A stretch of DNA of 64,000 bases from Marsupella aquatica. Its lineage: Eukaryota > Plantae > Marchantiophyta. Under the pieces are notes generated by a model. The model was given only the letters and a program-made list of their open reading frames with translations. It ran no database searches and was not told the DNA's origin. A program made the translations under genes and the position numbers. Position 1 is the first letter of the stretch, and each line of letters begins with the position of its first letter. Shown here in pieces: positions 34,110 through 46,100 of this stretch. The DNA lies in NCBI GenBank assembly GCA_973895155.1, contig OZ316895.1:15816816-15880815 (forward strand), in the 5' to 3' direction.

Positions 34110-37100
34110 ATGGAAATGCCCTACATTAAAAGGGGTGTCCAGGTGCATCGGGGAAGACTGCTGGACGGCTGCAGGTCAGCTGTGCTGAGATTCTCTGGAG
34201 GCAGGCCTTCATTACCAGAACACAGGCTCCTGGCTAGCGACAATGGAGCGTCGATCGCTAGCTGTTCTCAAGTTGCCAGTGTCGAAAAGGGTGCTGGGTG
34301 CGCAGATTTTGATAGTAGGTTGAAGTCAGCAAGGTCCAATGGGGACAGATTTCTCTGTAGGCAAGTGTTTTCTCGCATACCAGTGAAGCACGAGCGTTAC
34401 AGTACGAGTGACATAGACAAGATGCGGTGGGAACTTCGAAATGTGAGGAGGGGCTTTATGTCGTTGGACTACGGACAGAACGTCTTGAAGGATGATATTG
34501 ACACTCAGAGTGAGTGTTTTCAAACAAACTCTGAAGCAATGGAGAAGCTGGTTTCGGAACTTAAACAGAACGTGGAACAGGTGCGTGATCTAGCCTTCCA
34601 TCCACCGTTGTGTAGGAAATGATCGGCTCTTGCATTGCCTCGTAATATACACTATCCGCACGACTTTCGTTAAATGCTGCACAGAGATTCCAGTCGAAGT
34701 GGTCTTTTATCTGGTTTGAGCTCATGAATGGAGAAGGACCGTGAGTGAGTTTGGTATGAAATGGAGGACTTTGCATAGCGAGAGTAAGCACCGGTAATGA
34801 ATGGAATCTTTCTCTGGAAATGACAGGTACGGCTCGGAGGTGGTGCAAAAGCTGTCCAAAGACTCAGAGCAAAGAAGAAATGGCTGCCTAGAGAGCGCAT
34901 TGATTACCTTCTTGATCAGGGAGCTCCTTTCCTAGAATTTTCACAGGTACTGTACCACTAGCCAATTTTCGAGATTTCCCCTTCGAGGATATTTCGAAAA
35001 TATTCTTCTCATCGGTTAGGACACGATTGGAATTTTAAAACTTCTCCATGGATCAAAGTTGATCTGACATGCTGTCCTAACTTTGGCTTACCTTTGGATA
35101 GCTTGCAGGCCACGAGCTCTATGATGAGCCCCTTCCTAGTGGAGGAATTGTGACAGGGATCGGCCCAATTCATGGAAGGCTGTGTATGCTAATAGCGAAT
35201 GATCCAACTGTCAAAGGTGGCACTTACTATCCAATCACTGTGAAGAAGCATTTACGTGCTCAAGAAATTGCAGCACAGAACAACCTGCCCTGCATTTACC
35301 TAGTGGACAGTGGTGGAGCAAATCTTCCCAGGCAGGCTGATGTCTTTCCTGACAGGGACCACTTCGGGAGGATTTTCTATAATCAAGCTCGTATGTCGGA
35401 AGAGGGTATTCCCCAAATCGCCCTCGTTCTTGGATCCTGCACAGCAGGAGGAGCGTATGTTCCGGCTATGGCAGACGAAAGTGTAATAGTGAAAGGCAAC
35501 GGTACTATTTTTCTCGCTGGTCCACCGTTGGTGAAGGTTGTTATCCAAAGACCCTGCGGAGGATGAAGGATTGCTCCACTATTGTCATAGACTGTTGTTT
35601 CATTTGCGAGAATGATAAAGTTTTTCTCCTTCTCAATTCTCATCGTGACGCAAAAACCATGGGGATCCACAAAACTAGATGTTTGGGGATATCTTCTCTG
35701 GCAATGTGAAGTAGGAATGACTTGTCTTGGGGCAATAGAAAGAAAAACCACTGGTTTACAGTGGTAGTACCACTAATATTCTTGGCCCACATAGAAGCCC
35801 AACATTTGTTAAAGGTGACAAAGGCTTGCAATGTTTTGCAGAATTGCCAAAGGTGACAAAGGCTTGCAAACTGCACTAGCAGTTGTTCGTTTACATGCTT
35901 AGTTTCTGATAACCCTCTTTTGCCTCGTAGGCTGCTACTGGAGAAGAAGTGAGTGCAGAGGATTTAGGGGGCGCCAAACTTCATTGCTCTGTATCTGGGG
36001 TTTCTGATCACTTTGCTATTGGTACCCCTACCACCGTCGCATTTGTCCATTAATATCTAGAACTGATGAGCTATACCCTGATCCTCCTTTGTCAAGACAG
36101 CAACTTGTTACATGCAATGACCTCGTTGATTTGGCTCAGCCTACATGTGGGTTGTGACAGATGAACTGCACGCTCTATCAACTGGACGAAAGATTGTGGG
36201 AAATTTGCACCTAGCGGGTGTCACGAAACGTGCCCCTGAAGTTGCAGCTCCTGTACGGGAAGCGGTCCGAGATCCATGCTATAGTTCAGAGGAACTTAGA
36301 GGCATCATACCAGCAGACAGCCGAGAAAGTTATGACGTTCGATCTGTCATAAGTCGCATTGTTGATGCAAGCGAATTTGATGAATTTAAGAAGCAATATG
36401 GACCTGTAAGTTGCTAGACAAATCTAAATGACTTAATTTTGTAAAGCAGCAAGTGATTGACTCGGAGAGGTATCGCAGAGAGTAGCTTTACAGAAGTCTT
36501 CAAGAAGGGTGTAATATTCTATGTTGTAGTCTTGCAGTATGACTTCGCTCATTGCACTTAGCAATTCAAGAAAGTGGTAACCCTCGTCGTCAGTTGCTTA
36601 CATAAGTGTCATATGCTTGGTATTTGTAAGGCTGACCTGCTTCACCTTTCTAATATTTCAAAATTTTCAGACCCTGGTGACAGGTTTTGCGAGGATAGAT
36701 GGACAGCTTGTAGGAATTGTCGGCAACAACGGAATATTGTTTACAGAGTCGGCATTGAAAGGAGCTCATTTCATCCAACTTTGTGCACAACGGCACATTC
36801 CACTTGTATTTCTTCAGAACATCATGGGATTTATGGTAGGTTCCTTGTGAAGAAGAAATGGTTGGCCATCAAGAGAACCTCATTAAAACCCTGTAGAAAA
36901 GTGTATATTGCTGTTTGATTTCATAGAGGGCATCAGTACTTTCCAGTCAGGCAATCATAGACATTGTTTCATAGTGTGCTTCTGGAGACATTGTCGGTAT
37001 ATTCAAAGCCTTTTTAGAGAACAGGGATTACTGATGTCTCTCTTATAATTCTTGGGTTCTTAGGTTGGTTCGAGGTCGGAGGCCAGTGGGATCGCTAAAG

Positions 37101-38055
37101 CAGGCGCTAAGATGGTTATGGCGGTCTCTTGCGCAAAGGTATCTTCGAACTTTTTATTTTGATCGTTGCAGGATCCTCCAAATTGTTCCACTTGCAATCA
37201 TTTTTTTTCCAATGATTTGAATCAAAGCCACAGGCTAACAAGTCTGGTTTTACCCTGGATCAACGGCGTTATTCTAATGACGTTATTTTCATTGACAGGT
37301 TCCTAAGATAACAGTAGTAGTGGGAGGAAGTTATGGGGCAGGGAACTACGGAATGTGCGGGCGAGCGTACAGCCCCAATTTTCTTTTCCTATGGCCCAAT
37401 GCTCGAATCTCTGTCATGGGAGGACCTCAGGTGAAGCAAGTGGGAGCAAGTTTTAGAGTGTTTAGGGGTCTATGCTTTCTTCCTGCATAGTGAGCGTATA
37501 AAATGCAGAGTGCCACGGAAGGTAGTCATTGATAAAGCATGTCATTCATCAAATCTTGCTGGTAGATCTTGACGACATCCAGGTTATGACTTATGATGGC
37601 TGTGAACACGTGACTTTTAGGCTGCTGGAGTGCTAACCCAAGTTGAAAGAGACAAGAGGAAAAGAGACGGCAAGACGGTAAGTTTTTTCTGCCTCTCGTT
37701 TGCATTTTTCCCATTCTTTTTAGCTGTCCAGTTGGCTAGAATTGCCACCATGCATGTGGATGTGGCTTTGCGGTGGAAGTTACTTCTGGCACGAAGTTTG
37801 TCCTTCTCACTAAACTAGACTGCTTGCATCATTTGAGAACTGATCGAACAGTGGAGCGCCGAAGAGGAAGAGACATTCAGGAGTAAAGTAGTTGCAGCTT
37901 ATGAGAAAGAAGCAAATCCGTACTATGCCAGCGCAAGACTTTGGGATGATGGCATCATTGACCCAGCAGATACGCGGGAGGTGCTGTCCTTATGTCTTAC
38001 TGCTGCAACACAAAATGGTCCTCGAATATCCAAATATGGAGTGTTCCGAATGTGA
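34110..38055 (+). CDS. MCCB: Methylcrotonoyl-CoA carboxylase beta chain (mitochondrial), about 10 coding exons
   Basis: [109 protein letters not shown] and terminal YGVFRM-stop; consistent GT-AG junctions. Confidence 0.96.
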
Positions 38056-38555
38056 AGAAGAGAAAGGCTTTATTCTTTCTCAATTCGTTTGTCGGCAGTG
38101 TAACTTGCTTCTATCAACTTTGGAACGCTTTGTGAAACAAAAGCGTGCGGATCGTCTTTAGATACGAGGTTGCTGGTAGATTATTCTCTGGGCTGTCAAA
38201 AAGGCAGGCTGGCACGTAGAAGCGAAATTTTGTCGACATCGAATTCAGTCAATTTGTCTTGAATATCACCACAAGAAGCGGTAGTTGTAAATAATCTTGT
38301 TTAAATGAAAGCGAGCCCAAACGGGCTGTTGTAGCTAATTTCTATGAGTAAATAGAATTTGCAAGGATCACTGAATGGTTCTATTTATACTAAACGAATT
38401 GACTTCTATCTGGTTGTGGCAATCATCACTTCGAAACAGTGGCTCAACTATTTACCAGAAATATAATTGCTCCCTTGGTGACTTCTAGAAAGGGGACTTC
38501 TACTGAATAGTGTACTAAATTACTATTTACCAAATAATGTGGACAACCCAAGCGC

Positions 38556-40932
38556 TCAAGCTGAAGCAGCTGCAGCAGGAGGAGCATTAAGGGCGTAAGA
38601 AGCCATGGAAAGGGTTCCCAGGTCCCAACCACTGTATAGTTGTTCACCAGCCGCATCTTGTCCTGCAGCTCCAAGAGCAACTATAGCTGGCAAGAAATGG
38701 TCCGGTGTTGGATGCGCTTTACGAGCATAGGGAGCCTTTTCTTTGTAGTTGATCATTTCTTCATACCTGGCATAGAGATTCACCTACCGCAGTTAATAAA
38801 CCTTACAGTAGCTTTCACTGCAGTTCGGCACTCAAATGTTGAAACCCGCCGGGAATAATGTCAGTACGAACAGAATGGACTAAAACATGCTTGAAGATCG
38901 AGCAATGCAGTTTTACAGAGGAGAATCTTGATCAACGACTCTAAAAAGAACTTGAGAGATTAGGAGGGACCAACTTGTTTTTGCAGAGGGCATCATTGAG
39001 CCAGTTGTCAAAAGCGAGGGCCCAAGGAGCAACTGGACCACCATCGAAGCTCATGGATCCAAGATTGTGTGTTGCGGAACCCGAGCCTATCACTAGAACC
39101 CCTTCGTTCTTCAGGGATGTAAGTGCGTGCCCAACCTTATAATGGTGAGCTCCATCTTTGCGATACTGGACGGACAGTTGAACCACAGGGACGTCCCTCT
39201 CTGGGTACATCAGGAGCAAAGGGACCCATGCCCCGTGATCTAACCCTCTTCTCTCATCTTTCTTTGCCTTCGGGAATCCTCCCTGCTTCAACAAATCCAC
39301 CACTCTCTGCGCTAGCTCAGGATCACCAGGTGCGTCGTATCTCAACTGCATTAACAATAGTGTCCCATCTCAGTCATCAGGTCGTAAGATTAGAATCTCA
39401 TGACCCACAGTTTCGGTGAAGTAATGTCACAGAGAGCTAAAACCACCACACAGCCATCTGCAATTCCTATCCTAATCTCTGTCTCTGACATTCTAAACAT
39501 TTCCGAACAGAGAAAATCCAATGCGAGATTATACAGTAATGTAAACTTCAGAGAATGCTATCACCTCTGGAAAGACCATCTGTAATTCAAATCCCATCTG
39601 TGTAATATATCTTAATTGTCTATATGCCCACCGAGAAACTTTCACGAGTTCTAGTATTGTAGCGTCACAGAGAGTAGACACAGAACCAGATAATGTAACT
39701 CAACTTCTTATCTGTATGGTTGACACTCATTTGTCTGACTATCACTCATTTGGCTTCTGATGGAATCCGACCAACAAGCGACATTCACTTGGCCAGAATC
39801 ATAGACGTATGCTGCAGATTAAGGGCAGAGCACTCTTTGGAAGCTACAGAATTCAATCCATTTGATTTCAAGTATATAAATGCGTGACATATACCTTGTA
39901 AAGGTGCTTGGGAAACCCGTAGAAATCATGGATGGTTTCATGAGTCGTCCCGGAGGTGACGGTGGGCTCGGTGGTGTCCCAGTGCGCGGAAATGATGACA
40001 ATAGCCTTCGGTTTTGCTATTTGCGTTCCCAGCCGAATTAGGAATTGCCTTGCGGGATCTTCGAATTGAATAGGAAGCATGGGCGAGCCATGCGAGAGAT
40101 ATAGAGTCTGCATTCCTTCCCCACTGGCTGCTGCGGAATCACTCAGCGGTTTTGTCTTTCCTTGCCGCTCCTCCGTCACGGCCTCTTGCTGCTGTGGCGA
40201 GACGACCCCACTTGTCAAATCCAAGGCCTTCCTTGATTCTGCAGTTGGTGTCGCTGAACTTGATAAGGAAAAGAGCCGGCCGAATTTGGCCCGCAGGCCC
40301 CGCGTGGTCCCCGGATTAGCTATTGTGACTCTCCCCCTGAAATGTCAACGCAAAGAAAAAGCGCATGGCACTACACTCGTCAGTGACATTACTCTGTCCT
40401 CATCCAAAGCCGCAAACTCTCCCGATAGGCTTCCAATTCGAAGTCAGTACGACGCAGCAGGACATGACGACCTCTAGACTCAGTTCCATCACTCCAAAAC
40501 AGAGCGAGTTACCACCGCCCCTCCGAATTCGTAGCAACAGGGGCCAACTATCTCGAGCGATCAGGACGGAGCAGCCGCAGCAATCAATCCATACTGCCCG
40601 TCCAGGAAACGCACAGCAAGCACCGAATACGGGCGAAATCCTCTCTCGAATCTCACACGAATCCCAATCAAATCACATCACCCAAATTGCTTCCCTGCCT
40701 TGTAAGAACAAAACACAAAGAAGGGAGGGGAGAGAAGGAGGGAGGCAATGATCCCTCACAACCATAGTTTTACTCACAGGGAAGCGGCCGGCGCCGGCTG
40801 CAGAGAGCAAAGGACCGACAAATGCGTTTCGACTTGGGGCGCTTTCTTCTCCTTCTGGTCTGCTGGAGATGGAAACCAAAGCCTGATCGTTGGAATGAGA
40901 GTGGGAGTGTGAAAGCAAGCAATCTTTGTCAT
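38556..40932 (-). CDS. DODA: LigB-family extradiol ring-cleavage dioxygenase (4,5-DOPA dioxygenase-like); exons 40932-40778, 40336-39895, 39345-38975, 38766-38556
   Basis: [48 protein letters not shown]. Splice phases are consistent; exon 1 is inferred from a phase-2 GTGAGT donor matching the CAG acceptor. Confidence 0.9.
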
Positions 40933-41849
40933 GGACGTTGTATGAAATTTCGTTGTTATTTTAGCGACGGAGATTCGGAGACCGGGCTCTCCCGAAACTC
41001 TGTTTCATGAGTCGCCGACCTGAGAGAGGCATGAGCGACTTCATTGGGATGAGAAGAGGAGGATCGTCTAGACTCTAGATTCTAGAACGACCTGCCGTAT
41101 GTCGTGGTCTTTTCGACAATTATTCGGAGGCGACGACGGAGTCAGTCAACGTACTGGAAGGCTCGATTGGAATCACTCGGACAGAAGCGTCGTCTTCGAT
41201 TCTACGACTTCTCTTTTGCGCATGATGAGCCGTGGTTCTTGGTTTTGGTCACAATCCTACTGCACACTTTTTCCGAAGTGCTTTAATTAATTTTAGCGCA
41301 AGTCAATAATGCGAACCCTGGCAAGCTGGGTAAAACAGGGACCAACCTCACACGTTTTTGTACTTTCTTGTTAATAGCCTGATTACCCATTCCTTATTAC
41401 CAATATGTTATTGACTAGCTTCATTACCGCCTAATTACCCGTTCCTTATCGCCCTTCATTTTTTGTTGTTATTGTTGAAAATACCTGTTTATTGGAAAAG
41501 TCACTGGGGGGAAGACTAGGGAGACAGACAACAAACCACACAGAGGGTCACACACACCCCAAATGGCAACAAAAGGCCAACAACCACCCCAACAGTACAC
41601 AAGGTCACCTCTTCAGGCCGGTCACCTCCTCAAGCCTGCGGGTCCTCAGGAAGGGCCAAGGAAAAGAAAATAACTAAGCTACACAACACACAACACGCAA
41701 TCAAGGCACTGCCCGCAGGCAAAGGGGGGCCTCAACACTTGAACAAGGATTTTTTTTGTTGCAACGAAAAGAATTCTATCCCATCTCCCCATTTTTGTTC
41801 ACCCTCACTTTGTCCTTATTTAGAATCCAATTTTGTCTTTATCCGGAGA

Positions 41850-42235
41850 CATGGTCTAGAGGTTTCACTCTAGACCCAAGTCCTTGAAAGCAACTTATGT
41901 TTGCAATCTATTAGTAAGATAGATATCTTCATCAGAAGCTAGAGTAAGTTTAAGTTTAGTCTTCTAGAGTGAAGCCTCTAGACCATGACTCTAGGGCCCC
42001 ACCAAAACATATGTGAATGAAAAAATAACAGTATGTTATGTATGCCAAATTTTAGTAATAAATCCTGATCATATGCTTGAGACGGGGTCTAGGCTTCAAA
42101 CTTATGTGAATGAAAAAAGGTATAAAATGTTATATATGCCAAATCTTACTAATAAATACTGATCATAAGCTAGAGTTGGAATCTAGGTTTTTAGAGTGAA
42201 CCATCTAGACAGTGACTCTAGGGCCGCACCAAAAG
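41850..42235. repeat. Dispersed repeat family (CTAGAGTGAAGCCTCTAGACCATGACTCTAGGGCCCCACCA), MITE/foldback-like
   Basis: Copies near 32690, 41964, 42192 and 55084; inverted partial copies near 32432 and 41854. Confidence 0.7.
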
Positions 42236-42900
42236 GTAATGTGAATTGGATATTATGTATGTCAAATGATGATTGCATGATTATTTGTGTTATCATTTAT
42301 AATAAGATTAAAAAAAGAATTAAAAAGAAGAAGTCATCTTTGGAAATTAGTAGGTTTTTCAATTAATCACTAATAAGATTTCAAGATATTAGGCTTATTA
42401 GATAGATCTTCCCAAATACTTCCTAGGTAAGTGAAGAAAGAAGATTTCATCTGATATTGAGGGAGATATTGAATGTCAATCGTACCTCAAATCTTTAGGA
42501 AGGGCAAAGTGTGGATAATGAGTGACGATCTACTGTCAAGTGATGGAGTACTAATCTTTAGTAATGGATCGGAGTAACCTTCAATAGTGGAGCATGACGA
42601 AGAAAGGGTCTGGATGGCAATGTGGAGTAGGACGGAAGCGACGGCTTCGAGTTTCGAAGTTCAGCTGCACTCATGGGAGTCTGGCTAGCTAGTTGATGTG
42701 GACCGGGCAGCGTGGATTGAAGCTGCATATACTAATGGTTCGGGAGACTGGACCCGAGAATCAGATCGCTGCTTTTGGACTGGACTGGTTCTTGGGCTGG
42801 AAGGAAGGCGTGGTCATGGAGGAGCCATTGTCTCCTCTGCACTTCGACTGAGACTCGAGGAAAATTGCTCACAAGTGTAATCTGGTAATTCTGGTTATTA

Positions 42901-43180
42901 TGGAATCTGGACGATTTCAGTTGGCATATTTCTCGTCTTCGGATACTCTCTAGAACCTCCCCTACGGCCTGAGAATCCTTAAAATATAACACAGCGGCTG
43001 AAATGGTCTCTCCGTTGTTATTGTATCAATATTTCGCTTACCAATTTGGAATCCGTATGATTTCAGTTGGTATATTTGTCGTCTTCTGATGCTCTCTAGA
43101 ATCTCCTCTACGGCCTGGGAATCATTAAAATATAACAAAGCGGCTGAAATGGTCCGTCCGTTGTTATTTTATCAATATTG
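42901..43180. repeat. Diverged tandem duplication with a period of about 146 bp
   Basis: TGGAATC...GATTTCAGTTGG...GCGGCTGAAATGGTC...ATCAATATT starts at 42901 and again at 43047. Confidence 0.85.
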
Positions 43181-46100
43181 AGCTCCTTGATTTATGGTGT
43201 AGGAGCCAGTTCCATTCCTGTCCACTGGCCCTGATATTCCAGAATTACTGTAGCATAGCTAACGAAGAGCAGAGCACTCGCAGTATTTGACTACGGCTAG
43301 GAAGATGTTCCTATGCGACTGATCTATACTTCTCTACTTCCAATTCTCATGTCTCCCGGTTCGGAGTAATCTGCCTTTGTGCAGTGTGATAATGTATAAT
43401 TTAATGTAGGCTACGTACGCAGAGCTCGATGGAGAGAAGACGGGAATCATGTACGGATGCGAATGACGGCCATGCAGGTTATTGCTCCGAGCCTCCGACG
43501 AAGAAGGACCTAAGCGAAGTAGAGCTGGGAGCATGTCAATTTTCAAAGAGTTGTCAAGGACACAGACGAACATGCAGCACAGATTTCCATCAGAACCAAC
43601 AAAGAACCTATCGTCGTCTGCAGATGTTGAAAAGTTTTCTTTACTGAGAATAAAGGGAGATTTCATCTTCAGAATGTGTGCTTCAATGAAAGTATTTCTT
43701 TCCCTCAAGTCTATCGATTTTCTCACTTAACATGTTACCATATATTTAGGACAGGAGTTGAATGACTGGATGTATCAACTAATGATTTCTACTCCCCCGA
43801 TTCAGAGAGCGAGCAATGTCTTCAGCATAAGTTAACAGTGCCCTCTAAGACTTGGGTTTTGTCATCCTATGTCATCCCATCCATCTATGGCTCAAAATGT
43901 AGATGAGCATCTCACAAAAAACTGAGACAAAAGGATTCACTATTTTGTGAGAAAATATAGAAACACAAACGGGGAAAAATGATTGGTCCAATTCAATTTG
44001 GAATTTGGGGGAGGAGGAGATGTGAGCCATCTGCCCTTATCATCTTCGTGAATCTCATCCGTCCACTTTAGTGGGCGATATATGGCTCTAATGAAAGATC
44101 TCAATGAGATCTATGGATGGGTTTTTTCCTTTTTGAAAATGGTTGAATAGCTTGTAAATGAAAAATAAAACAAACCCAAGCCTTCCTGGCCATCAATTTG
44201 GTCTCTACTGAAATCTATGTCGTTGATTGTTTTTTGCTAATAAAAATATTTTCCGTCCACATCTAAAGGCTATGTACAGCGCAAATGAAAGATCTCGAGA
44301 CGATCTATGGCCTGGTGTTTTCCATTCCAAAAATGAGTACATATTTTTTGGAATAAAAATAAATGAATTTTGACCTTTTCTGCTCCTCCTCCTACCCGAT
44401 ACTTTCTTTCAGAAACTTTTGATACTCCTTTATAGCCCTACTGTCCTACAGCTCCTTATATACTAGGAGTTGTGGTTTAAATTGTGCTTATGGCAACCTT
44501 TCTTGACAATTGTTAGTCTCTTGCTTTTGACCCTGAGGACCCCTCTTTGACTACCAACTGGTGAAAATTCCCCATTCAAATTTACTGTGGTGACATGAGA
44601 CACACCCTTTCACTACTATAGGTAAACAACCATTTAAATACCTGGCTTCGCAATGCCAGGGATTTGCAATTGTTGGCAAGGATTTACAATTTTGGAAGGG
44701 GATTGAATGCATGGGAATCCCGATCCTACCTGGAGTTGGGTGTGATCTAGCATTTAGGTTTGCAAGGTGGGAACTTTTTGCGATAAGAGTAAGGAGTAAA
44801 CCTGGTCCATGGTAGAGGAGGTCCAAAGTTCTGTCCGCTCTGCCATGACTGTAGAGATGTGCCATTCAAATGGGTACCACAAAAACCCAAACTGGTTAGG
44901 CCTGGTTATCCAAAATGGAGGCAGGGTTAGGCAGACTTTGGCTCAAACCACCCCATACAGCCTCATCTTGCCTTGCATGCTGACAGCATATGTATATGTA
45001 GCCTCTGCTCCTCCGCAATGGTTCACTATGAAGAAATCTTGAGTTTGACTAAGATTGCTTGATAAAGCTCCCATGGGGGAGAAGTTAAATACAGAAGAGG
45101 CCTCAAATAGGAAATAGGCACAAATCCTTTAAGGCTTGAAGAGAGACAGCTAACTATTTTTGCCCAAACTAGATAATATTAGGAATTGCTAGTTGGATTG
45201 GCTAACAAAAGTAGCTAGCGTAAACTGAGAATGTAGTCTTATTTTCACAATGTATTCTAACTATAAATGATTTAACTGAGCTATTCTTGCTTCAGTGCGG
45301 AAATCGGGGCTGAAATATATTGATCTTGGTCTGTGTTATATATGGTTGTGGAAAGCCTCAGCTCCAGGGTCTACACCATGCAAATCTCCCAGTTCGTCTA
45401 AATCAATGCTGGTAGTTGAGACAGATAGAGGGAGGGGTTCTGCTTGCTTGCTCAGCTTCATCCGGCCTCATGGCCACCGTCCACAAACTGAGCAGGATCA
45501 GAATTGACTCCCGGGTTGGAAGGCATGAAGACCACCATTTCTTGGAAAAGTTACTCTTGAAAGGTCAGGGGCAAACTCCTATCCTTTTTCTATGTTTTGG
45601 ACAACTCAAAATATTCATTTGTGCCATTGGGAGTGTGCTTTTGATGATCAAATACCTTCTTGAAGTCAATTAACATCTTAGTTCTCCCATCTCTTCTTGC
45701 ATGCATTGCTTCCAATCCTTGTTGATATTGTTGGTCCTATAGATAGATGGATTCAACTTCTTTCCATTTTTGTTCAGGAGTCCTTATTCTCTCCCAGGAT
45801 GAAATTAAGCTTGCTTGATCTTGTAGGAATTTCTTGGCAGAAATGAGAGCATGAAGCTCTCTAATGTCCCATTTAGAACTAGGAGCCGGTGTTTGTGCTT
45901 CTGTCATCTATCTGCATCATCACAAAGCAAAAAAGTATCAATTGAGTAATGCATTGAGTACACAAAGCAATACAATATTGAGCACTTCTTTTAGCAAAAG
46001 AGTATCGAGTGCTATTTTGAGTTCACAAATGAGAGAAACATTTAGTACTTTCTCGAGTCACTTTCCACCCTATAAACTACCGGTGAGTCTACTTGATAAT

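Noticed and set aside
42690-43830. Short ORFs that look like gene remnants
   Set aside because: No recognisable family motif; interrupted by stops and a tandem duplication.
44550-45900. Possible LINE/retroelement coding remnant on the minus strand
   Set aside because: Only a weak LIDFKKVFD-like hint among many stops; it cannot be supported without a profile search.
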